Shown in pieces: positions 24,243-35,700 of a DNA stretch of 64,000 nt. The position numbers and the translations under genes are program-made. Source of the stretch: Amphiscolops sp. MND2022 (taxonomy: Eukaryota); the NCBI GenBank assembly GCA_964187785.1, contig OZ076409.1, positions 20,586,001-20,650,000 on the forward strand, given 5' to 3'. The notes beneath the pieces are model-generated. The model ran no database searches, had not been told where the DNA came from, and was given only the letters and a program-made list of their open reading frames with translations. Position 1 is the first letter of the stretch. Each line of letters opens with the position of its first letter.

Positions 24243-27062
24243 CATAGGCGCGACGGCATGTCGCGCTTGGTCACGAGCAGAAACGTTCAATGGTCTGCAG
24301 AAGGTGTTACCAATCCTTTGTGTTCCAGGGCCCACAACCTTGTGAATTGATCGAGTCTCAGATGAGGATATTTTGATGGAAGAACTGGAAAAATGAAGAA
24401 AATTTTTTTTGAGTCAAATGAAAAAATGTATTTTTGGCAGAAACCCGAAGACGTCATACTTCATGACGGAAACTTTGATAGTACAAAAAATAGCCTACAT
24501 ACTTGCCTCACTTTGTGAGGGAGAGTGGTTTTCGTATCTATTTCCAGTTCGGAGCAAAATCAGCTACAAATTGGAAAAAAAGGAAAAAATTCAGAAAAAA
24601 ATTTTTCATTACTTTATTTGCTAAAAAAATCCAGAGCGAACAAATTTCGACATCATTTTCAGCCTAAAACGTAGACAACATAAGCCTCGTAAAATTAACG
24701 AAACCATGAACCCAATATTTGGTCTCGGTCATGAGATATACGAGCTCAAGTTAAAAAGAACCAAGATTTTTTTTTGAAAAAAATTGAAGTTTTTTTTGGC
24801 AGAAAAACGAAGGCGTCATACTTGATGACGGTAACTTTGTTGGTCCAAAAAGTAGCCTATATATGCTGTTTTTCTCGAAAGAGAACAGTTTCTGCTTCTT
24901 TTATCAGTTTTGAGAAATATGAGCTACGAACGAGAAAAAATTTTTTGAAAAATTTTTTGTCACTTTTTGCCCAAAAACACTAAGTATGAAAAAAAACTTT
25001 TGACGTCATATTTCAGCCAAAATGTAGCCTATAAAACGCTTGTACAATGTACGAAACCATGGACATTGTATTTGGTCTCAGTTCTGAGATATAGGAGATC
25101 AAAGATGAAAAAACTGTCGAAAATAGCGTTTTTCCAAAACTTTTTGTGAAAAAACCCATGGAGCCGAATTTTTTTCGAAAACATTTTTCGACCAAAATTT
25201 AGCCTAGGATCCTGCGCAATTTTTAGCGAAAACATGATATCCGTATCTGTTCTGGATTTTGAGAAATTTGCCTCACAAGTTTGAAAAATTGGCACATGTC
25301 GCGAATTCTGCGAAAAAAAACATAGGCGCAACGGCATGTTGCGCTTGGCCTCGAGCAGAAACGTTCAATGATCTGAAAAAGGTGCTAAAAATTGTGTATA
25401 TCCCAGATTTCAAAACCTAATGAACTTATCTAGTCTCAGATCAATTAAATTTAGATGAAAGAACTAAAAAGAAAGGTGAGAAATTGAAGTTTGAGAAAAA
25501 TGAAAATTGTAATTTTAGCAGAAAAACGTAGGCGTCAAACTTGATGACGGAAACTTTGATAGTACAAGAACTAGCCTACAGCTTTGCATAACTCTGTGAG
25601 GGAGAAGGGTTTTCGTATCTACTTTCACTTCTGAGAAAAATCAGTTACAACTTGGGAAAAGTGGAAATTTTTCGAATTTGTTCTTCATCCATTTATTTGC
25701 CCAATAATACCAGAGCGAAAAAAATTCGACGTCATTTTTACCTTTAAACATAGCCTACTGAACCCTCGTACAAATTACGAAACCATGAACTCCGTATTCG
25801 TTCTCGGTCCAGGTCCTGATATACAGGATACAGATATACAAGCTCAAGTAAAAAAGAACTGAGAAACTTTTTTCAAAAAAATCAAGTATTTTTAGCAGAA
25901 AAACGAAGGCGTCATACTTGATGACGAAAACATGATTGGTACAAAAAAGCCCACATCCTTTCTATTTGACTTGAGGAAGAATGGTTTCTGTATTTTCGTC
26001 AGTGTCGAGAATTATGAGCTACGAATGAAAAAAAAATTTTTCATCCTTTTTTTAATGAAAAAGCGCAGTCGGAAAAAGTTTCTGACGTCATTTTTTAGCA
26101 AAAAGGTGGCCTACAAAACGCTTGTATTATATACGAAACCATGGACCCTGTATCTGGTCTCGGTTTTGAGAAATAAGGGAAGAAAGATGAAAAACTCTTT
26201 TCAAAAAAACCATGAAGCCGAATTCTTATTGAAAATTTTTTTCGACGAAAAAGTAGCCAAGGATTCTACCCAACTTTTGGCTAGGACAAAGGTTTTTCAT
26301 ATCTCTTTTCAGTTCTGAGGAAAATCAGTTACAAATTATGAAAAAATGGGAAAATTTTCAAATTTCTTCTTCATCCCGTTATTTGCCCAGAAAAACCGGA
26401 GCAAAAAAAATTCGACGTCATTATTGGCTTAAAACGCAGCCTACTGAGCCCTAGTACAAATTACGAAACCATGGACTGCGTCTTTGTTCTCCGTCTTGAG
26501 ATATAGGGTCTCAAGTATAAAATGAATAGGAAAAGTTTTCAAAAAAAAGTATTTTTAGCAGAAAAACGAACGCGTCATACGTGATGACGGAAACTTTGTT
26601 GGTACAAAACCTCGCTTACATCCTTGCTGTTTGTCTCGAGGGAGAATGGTTTCTGTATCTTTCGTCAGTTTTGAGAAATATGACCTACAAATGAGAAAAC
26701 AATTTTCGACTTTTTTTCATTTTTTTTTGCCTAAAAAACCAAGTCTGAAAAAAATTTTTGACGCTTTTTTTGGGCGAAAAGGTGGCCTATGAAACGCTTG
26801 TAAATTACACGAAACCATGGACTCTGTATTTGGTCCTGGTTCTGAGAAATAGGGGATCAAACATAAAAAACAGTCAAAACTTCTTTTTAAAAAAAACCAT
26901 GAAGCCGAATTTTTCTCGAAATTTTTTTTCGACGAAAATTTAGCCCAGGAACCTGCGCAACTTTTAGCGGAAACATGGTGTCCATTTCTGTTATGGGTTG
27001 TGAGAAATTTGCTGCACAAGTTTGAAAAGTTGGCACATGTCACGAAATCAGCGAAAAAAAAA
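24243..27062 (-). mobile_element. Head-to-tail dimer of a rolling-circle-type element (family C) with internal ~360-bp subrepeats, nested in Gypsy B1
   Basis: Unit boundary CATAGGCGC(G/A)ACGGCATGT(C/T)GCGCTTGG at 24243 and 25321 (first unit 1078 bp); both units end ...GGCACATGTC.CGAA.TC.GCGAAAAAAAA; GC-rich hairpin at the minus-strand 3' end; subrepeat GCGTCATACTTGATGACG recurs ~24450, 24815, 25530, 25910, 26575; inserted in an A-run without TSD. Confidence 0.7.
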
Positions 27063-30000
27063 CGTCAACATATGGGCACCTCGCAAAGCTCGAGCCCCAA
27101 AAAAACGTCACCATATGAGCATCTCGCAAAGCTCGTGCCCTCAAAAAGCAGAATTACGTAACGACAACACCGAAGCATAAAATGAGTATAGAAAGAACCA
27201 TTCATAAAGGAGAAGATTTTTCGAGAACAAGAACAACGTGAACAAAACCAAACAGAGCGAAACAACAGCATACGTGCGGCCTGATATTATCACTCCAAAT
27301 TCCAGCCGCAAATTTTTGGAAGAAAATTTTGAAAACATTGACCGCGATAGCTTAAACCACCCACTGGGGAGCCATCTGTGAATTTATGGATATTGGATGT
27401 CGTAACAATAGTCCAGTAGCACGTGGAAAATTAGTGGAGCAGAGAAACGCACAATCCGGTCGCGGAATTCTGAACGGCCGTTGTGACCACGAACCTCAGC
27501 GAGCGGTTTTGAATCATCCCGGCCAAACAAAAGAACACTGGAAGAGTTCGCTGAGAACGATGTCGAATATATATGACGAGAATATAGACAAAATGTGTAA
27601 AAGAGTTTAGACAAAACAGTAAAAACTGGAACATAGAAATCGAATATTGTACGCCACGAATGCAAACTGGAAAGGAGTAGTAGAACGAACAACCAAGACT
27701 TTAAAGAATCTGGTACTTGCAAACATGGAAGATGGTCAACGTTTAACCGGAAGCATAAACCGAGCATTACGAGAGTAATGTCATGCACCGTACACACGGG
27801 ATTAAAAGCAACGCCCTTCGAAAGAGATCACGGAAGGAAAACGAGAACTGAAATAACAAACATCAATAGAGACGGTAAAACGTATTTATCTGATTGGTCA
27901 TAATTTTCCGTTTTAGAACCAATAAGGCCAAAGATACCAATCTATGTGTGGCGCGAGGCGGAGGATGAATATACAAACCATATAGTTATGGTCAGAACCA
28001 AACTGGAAGACGAACAATTATCGGAAGGACCGAAATCTCACAAAAAACTTCGGTTGTCTATCCTTCATCTTTGAAGAAAAAACCGCAACAAAAAATCTTT
28101 AGAAGGATAATTCCAAAATAAAATACAAACCGCTACACGCAGAACCGAGAATACCGTAAACCCAAATACCAAGAAAACAAAGTCCGAAAGTTGTTCATTT
28201 CGAAAGCCTATTACTTTAGATCGAAAAGAAAGTGAGGCGTGAAAAAGAGACACTGAAGAAAGAGACTGAAAAAGAGACACGGTGGTTAGACGGTAAGTAT
28301 GGCCGGTGGGACGAAATCCTCCAGGACATACTCAACGAAAAACTAAAAAGAGCGCAAAACTGGGAGAAGACGGACAGGGACACAGATGATTATTATGATG
28401 AAGATGATGAAGTTGATGAAGATGAAGAAATGCCGGAGATGACCGGTAGACCAGCATACGAAACTTCCAAACGGGACGGCAGGTACATTCCGATACAAAC
28501 GAATCCGGAAGATGATGCTATACAGATCCGTACCGATGAAGAAACATCGGGTTAAAATCTCGAACCTATATTAGAACTGAGTAGATACGGTAGTGTACCC
28601 TATGCAGGAGACATCTGAGGCTAAGAATGAAAGAAAGAAATTTTCATTTTTTACTGTTACTTTTTACTGTCGCTTTTTCATTTTTTACAGGTACAACGTG
28701 GAACCGACATAAAGGGACGCCCCAACCGGTGACGATACTGAAGCCGGCAGTCTTCTTTCCTAGTGATCCGGATTTGACACCACCCGGAACATCAGCAATT
28801 ACCGCATCCAAGATCCTCTTCAACTGAGCCAAGAAAACTGAGAAGTCGAGAGAGGGGAATGTTATACAGTTCATGCGTTTCCTTGACCTCTATCGAGCTT
28901 CTGTTCCTGAACGTTAGTCTAAAGACTATAAGACTTGTTACTAAACAAACTCAAAGAGAACCTAGATTAAACATAATCATTTCGTAATACAGTACGAAAT
29001 TAGAAAGTCTATATTTTAAACTCTTTTCTCTCTCCTAGTGTCTTAGTCGTAGTTTACAACCCCAATAACAACTGTCTTGTTAAAATTGAAAAACATTCTC
29101 GAAACAGAACTCAACCAAATTTTAAGTTTGTCAACAACTAGGTTCGGCAAACTTTTTAAGAGGTGACACTATATCGCACTTCCCTGACTAACTGGTTTTC
29201 GGTTATCTCTAACATTAGTAGTTTTTGACGTCAGTCAAAATTTTGTGTAATGAAAAGGAATAACAAAGTTTGGACTTGTATTGGGGTTTTTCTTTGGATC
29301 ACTGCGCAATCTTTCTTGTTTTGTCAAATATTTTATGTTTCGGACGACAATGTCCATAATCAAATTCTCCGTCTGTTCGCCTCAAAGCCAGGTTCGCTGG
29401 CGTTGAGAAAACCCGTTTATCGCTTCTGTTTGCTACTGTTTTCTGGAGAAAAACTTGAATCTGCCTAATCTGCTCTGTTTCTGAACATTTTTTTCTCTGT
29501 CTTTATTTTGTCCTTCAGTATCACTGTCTCTGCCCCCATACATGGAATTTTGTCTCCGGAGCAGAGTTTTGACATTCCTAATTTTTAAAAATCAAAATCG
29601 CTATTTCGCTGAAAATCTTTTTCTTTAAAGTATTAAACGTTTGAATTCAAAAATGTTTTGAATATAAACGATAACCTAATTCAAATTTTGCCTTATTTTG
29701 CACCCTATTTTGACCTCAGTAAGTGTTGGACTAGGAACAGCACGTTTTATCAACCTTCGGAAAAATTCAAATGAAAAGAAGAAACATGAAAAGAACCCCT
29801 GAGAGTATTTCGTTCGTTTCTGTATTTCAAAAGCCATTTTCGCTCTTGAAAACAGGTGCTGTTGTGAAAAATGAGTTTTAATTTTCTATATCAAGTGCTA
29901 ACGCTAGGATTCAGTCGTAACAAGAAACAAAACAAGAATTATTTGAAATTGTCACCAAACAATTTTAAATGATGAAAAAACAGTCGAAAAAAATTGATTA

Positions 30001-30725
30001 CATGATCTGAATACCAATTGATATGATGGAAATCATGCTAATTCTGAATAATTAGAGTTGCATGAATTTAGACTTTCTTGCTCGTTGAAATTTCAAAGTT
30101 TTAAAATGTAACCTTTTACCAATGTATGCATTATCAATTTTACAGCAAAACCATGCTTAACACCAAGTCAGTTCACCAAATGAAGTTGACCTAATTACCC
30201 TAAATTTACATAATGCTTCAGAGTTGAACAAAATGTCACTGAATTTGCAGTCAATTAGGCATTTTTTTCAACTTATGGAGAAAAAGGGAAAGCAAAAACA
30301 GGGATTGGCAAGGAAAAGTGGAGAGTAGGCTAACAACCGCATAGTCAGTTGTGCATCAGAAAATGAGTGTGGAAACCCCTGGCGTGAAACTTCCTGGCTT
30401 TTACAAGTCACTCTTTGGGGGGTTCCGCCAATATAGGACATAACTCGCCGTGTCTGCATTGTTTATTCCCGCGCTTTTGTCCTGTTCCAGTATAAAGTGT
30501 TATTACTAATGGTGCTTTTGTCGACAGACAGATGGGAGACACAAGGAATGATTCAAGTGTCACCCTTGCTAATCTTGTGGATGCAAATATTGCGACATAT
30601 GCAGTCATATGCAGACTGGTTAGTTCACATCTAACTTCTAAGAAAAGGTTATCCTCAATTGAGGACAATATGAACGAGCCAGGAACAGCCCCAGTAGGAG
30701 CCCTGTTTATGGCTCAAAACCTCAG

Positions 30726-31010
30726 TTTTTAGTCGGCGCATTTTCCTTTGAAGGAAAAATGCCCGACTCTTATAATGACCTTTTTTTCTCCAGACCACAG
30801 ACCTCACACTGATCTGTCCACTTTTTACAGAAACTACTAAAAGTACTGAGGCCAAGTCCGGCCAGCGGAAACTTAGTGCAGAGGGCCCCATCTTTCGTTT
30901 TTTTTTTAAACTTTTTTAATGTTACTTACAAAACTGGAGACTAAAGGTCCCCTCTTTCAATTTTTTTCGGCGTCATGAGACGTTTTTTGACAATTTTTTT
31001 GTCTTCAAAC
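30726..31010 (+). mobile_element. Family A element, 5' fragment
   Basis: TTTTTAGTCGGCGCATTTTCCTTTGAAGGAAAAATGCCCGACTCTTA, near-identical to 18199; no 3' end seen. Confidence 0.8.
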
Positions 31011-32499
31011 GTTCCGAACGAAATTAATAAAAATTGATATTATGCCATACAGAAACCATGTTGAAGCCCGTATGATAATTCAGAGGAACAACTGCCCCAG
31101 ATTTACTCGCAGCAACGAGAAAAACACCTTTTTTCAAGGCCTCAAGAATTCAACGTGGTGATAACGTAACATGCAAAGCGTCCCACAAAAAAGGTTGTCT
31201 ATTATGATAATGATTTTATCTTTTTTAACCTATTTCGTGAAGCTATTTTAGGAAAATCAATGTTGTATATTCACAGAAAAACAGTGATAAGGACATGCCA
31301 TTGGCCACACTCGGGTGCGTATAAAAATTATGAGATTTTTTACCCTGTATTGCATTTTGAACTAAGTGTTGTACATCAGGCTATACATTGCAATCGAAAG
31401 CTCTCACAATTGAAAAATTCTTATCAAATTACAGAAATACATTTTTCGGGAAACCATGTTTGTCCCCTGGAAGAAAAACTTGGTAACGAGAAAATCTGAA
31501 ATTTCAACCGCAGTCAATTCTTTTGAAATTCGTTTTTTTTTTCAACCATAAACGTTCTGTTTATCAACCTTCACATATGAGATAAAGATTCAAAAATTTT
31601 TTTCATTGTTTTTAAATTGAGCCAGGACCTTGTTAAGCAACAAAAACCGAGCTTAAAAACAAGAAGGTCTTTTGCCATTGTGTGAAACGGGCCAATAATG
31701 ATGGGCTTTGGGATGCTTATCTTGGCGCTGAGACAGAACGTCATTTATGAATTCAGGAGGTTGGAGCGATCCCAGATTTCCATCTGTGGTCATGCTTTTT
31801 GACAGGGTCCGAAATACCCCCAGCGGCAACTGAGGTAGAGATGCACACAATGAATGATGGTAAGATTGGCGGTAAATGAAAAAGTGGCAATTTGAATCGA
31901 AAACAATAAGCACCAGCACCTGTTTGGACTAAAGCATTATAATAACAATGAAAAGACTTTATCGTAGGGGTGCCTGGAAATGTTCACTTAATCCGCCTTA
32001 TTTGTATGGAGGCACCCAGTTTGCTTGATTTCAATCACAGATAAAAACACTTCCCATTGTGGCTGTTCCTTTTTCATGTGAGATTACGTCCGCAATCGTT
32101 ACCGGTGAACCTTCCGAGGTTGCGTTTGATGTTCAAAGGCGTCGCTCTCTCATTGTTTATCCTAAACTGTACATGTGCACATTTAAAGACAACGTCATTT
32201 CTGTAGCCATGTGAAAAACATTGAATTCTATCAAAAGCGAGATAAAAACTGAAATTATCAAATTTAGTCAAATTTATGACCAATTTGACAATTTATAGGT
32301 AATATTGCCAAAAAAAGCGATTATTCAAATCGGACTAGATTTCTATTCAAAATTTGGAGCTGAATTAAAAAAATATTCCAGCAAGTTTTTTTCAAGTTTT
32401 TCAAGATACTTCGAAAGTTTCAAAGACTGGTATAAGATTGGTTCCATTATCATTAGAAGTTCTTTAGTCCCACTTTTTTGCCTAGAGGTTAAAGTGCGT

Positions 32500-32713
32500 T
32501 GTGGTAGGTGCTAGAAAACTAACATTACATAACCTAATGCTTATGTGAGAAAATCAATAGTGTGAAATACTTTATTACGTAACATAGTAACAACCTGCCA
32601 AATTATGCCAAAGTGGCAAAATAACAACAATTGCCATAAAACAGAATACCGTTGAATTTACAGTTGCTATCATATTCTTCTTTACTTCCACTCCTGAGTC
32701 GTAGACGTTTACA
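32500..32713 (+). repeat. 5' LTR of Gypsy A
   Basis: TGTGGTAGG...GTTTACA; differs from the 3' LTR at one position (T32538 vs A37735). Confidence 0.98.
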
Positions 32714-35700
32714 TGGCGCTGCGAGCAGCTGACGATGATCAATCAAATGCCCCAGTCCCTGGACTGAGTTACTTCTGGCAAGATGCCGAAAAATCCCCTT
32801 CATACGACTGGGATCAATGGCTGCAACTATTTGAGGTAGCAGTGTTGGCCCGTCACTCAATTTCTGTTTCCGAATTGACAAGAAATGCAGAACAACAACC
32901 CCGGGCCCAAGCACTGATGGGAAACATGGAGGAAGCCCCTGCAGCAAGAAAGGTAATCAGCTTATTGTACATATCATTGGGAAAAACGGGCAGAAAAATG
33001 CTCATGGACAAGTTCCCCCAGATTAATATCTTACTGATCCAACTACAACAATTCCTCCAATTTTGTAACGAGTGTTTCCAAATACGTCGAAACAGAACGA
33101 TGGACAAACATACCTTCTTGTCACGAAAACAGAAGCCATCGGAATCACTACACCAGTACTGGAACGTCCTCAATGGGTTAGCAGCCAAATGTGACTTTGG
33201 TAATCAAACAGAAGGCTTGGTGTACGATGTGTTTGTACTGAATATGGCAAATAAGCAGGTACAGGAGAAGCTGTGCACAGAGCCGAAAGAGACCCCGGCA
33301 GAGGCATTACAGTTCGCCATAGCATTTGAAGACGGATTGAAAAGACAGAGAACATATGGCTACATCGGAAACGAGACGAAAATCAAAGAAGAACCAGTTT
33401 GTACAATAAGTGGTAATCGACAGAACACAAAAGAATGCTGGAGATGCGGTGCCGGTAATTTTACAATGGACCACTTGAAATTCTGTAAAGGACCAAATGC
33501 GACATGTAATTACTGCGGCAGAAAAGGCCACTTGGAGAAAGTTTGTAACCAAAAGAAAAAGGATAATTTACAGCAAAGTGGTAGATTCAGAGCAAGTGGC
33601 AGTAGTGAACAAATAAACCGCCGCGTCCGATTGGTCGATCAGGAAGAAGAAGAGGATGACGATAATTTCTTGGTTTTGAATATAGATGGCCAAAGCGAAA
33701 ACGTAAAACCGTACTACATGGAAGGGTTTATTAACGGAAATCGCTTCAAAACAATGATCGACTCAGGTTCGCCAGTAACCATTTTTGCGCTAGATGAAAT
33801 TAAACAGATCATGCAAAGAGAAAAATTACAAGTGCGTCAAATGATCAAAGGCGAACGGTACGTGGATTTCAACGGGAAGCCGTTGAACTTACTGGGATAC
33901 GTTTTCTGCGAATTACAAGTGGGGGACCAATACATTAAAAAGGCAAGAATTCTAGTCACAAAGAGCGGTACAAAATCGATCATCGGCAGAGAATGGTTGT
34001 CAACGTTGAAATATACAATTGCCCCAGCTAACAAAGGTGAGTGTGAAGTTAATTCAATTGAAAAAGAAGAAGAACTAAGTACGGAAACCAAGCAATTTTG
34101 TAATGATTTTCCACAACTGTTCAAAAGAAATGGGAAGATAAAAGATCATGAAATCAAAATAAAGCTAAAACCGGACGCAAAAATCACGCAACAAAAAGGG
34201 AGACGAATCCCAATTCAACTACAAAACGCGGTAGATGCGGAAATAAAACGATTACTAAAAGAAGGCCATATAGAAAAAATTAACGAAATCAAAGATGACG
34301 TATTTATACAGCCAACGGTAATAACAGTGAAGAAAGACCGTTCAGTAAAAATTGCGTTGGATGCAAGAGCGCTAAATCAAGCCATTGATAAAGATAAATA
34401 CCAAATGCCGAACCTCGATAATTTGTTAGACATGGTGGCTGAAAAGCTAGATAATGAAGAAGGTGAGGCATGGTATTCATCAGTCGATATGACTTACGCA
34501 TACGGTCAAATTCCACTACATTCGCTAACAGCGAAACACTGTAATTTTCAAATTATTGGCGGAGAATCGACGGGGACGTACCGATTTGTAACAGGTTTTT
34601 ATGGTCTGACGGTTATGCCGACAGAATTTCAAAAAGTAATGGATTTGTTATTAGCAAAATTTAGAGAAGTGTTTGTCTTTATCGATGATATTTTAATTGT
34701 AACCAAGGGAAACAAAGCTGAACATTTGAACAAAGTGCGGGAAATTCTAAAAGTGCTAGATAAAGCAGAATTACAATTAAAGGCGGGAAAATGCAAATTT
34801 GCTAAACAAGAAATCGAGTGGTTAGGGTTCAAATTGACAAATTCGGGCATTTCGCCAATAAATTCGAAAGTACAAGGAATTACAGAAAAACTCAGACCAA
34901 CGAATTTGAAAGAACTAAGATCGTTCTTAGGCGCAGTGAATCAATTCAACAGATTTGTCCCAGATTTGGCTACAATTTGCTTTCCATTCCGTTCAATTTT
35001 AAAAAAGGAAGCTAATTGGGAATGGAATGAAGAACACGAAAAAGCATTCAAAAGAATTAACAAAGAAGTGAGAAAAGTCGCGGAATTGACGCATTTTAAA
35101 AGAAACAAAGAACTGAGAATAATATGCGACGCCAGCAAACAAGGATTAGGCGCGGTACTTCAGCAAAAGGAAAAAGAAGGGTGGAAACCAATTTCATACG
35201 CGTCAAGATTTTTAACTGAACTAGAAGCAAAATATTCAATAAACGAACTAGAGTTAGTAGCCGTAGTCTGGTCAGTGGAACATTTTAAAAATTACGTGTA
35301 CGGGATAAATTTCGGAGTAGTGTCAGATCATAAGGCGCTACAGAGCGTTCTAAAGTCGAATAAAGGAAACAAAACGTATTCAAGTAGACTCACAAGGTGG
35401 GTGGATAGACTCCTTCCTTTCGATTTCAATGTAGTGCATGAACCTGGCAGAACCTTAGGTTTAGCAGACTATTTGTCACGCCATCCTTCCGAATATAATG
35501 GTTCAATTCTAAAAGCGGAAGAATTGTTTAATAATTGGTTTACGATAAATGTGGTGAAAGAAATCGTCCCAACATTAAATAGAAAGTCAGCAAAAGAAAA
35601 TGAACCAATCAGAAGCGAGGAAAGTTTTGGAAGAACGAAATTGGCAAACAAGAGTGTGCTAACAATTCACCAGCCTACGCAGTCGAGCGTAAATTGTGAA

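Larger units (their letters stand above)
21003..29061 (+). mobile_element. Decayed Ty3/Gypsy LTR retrotransposon, family B (copy B1) with two nested insertions
   Basis: Diverged LTRs 21003-21212 and 28860-29061; mutated PBS TAGCGCAGTCAGC at 21213; PPT GAGAGAGGGGAA at 28848-28859; internal DNA colinear with 54307-59478 (gag, PR, RT, RH, IN remnants with stops, frameshifts and deletions). Confidence 0.9.
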
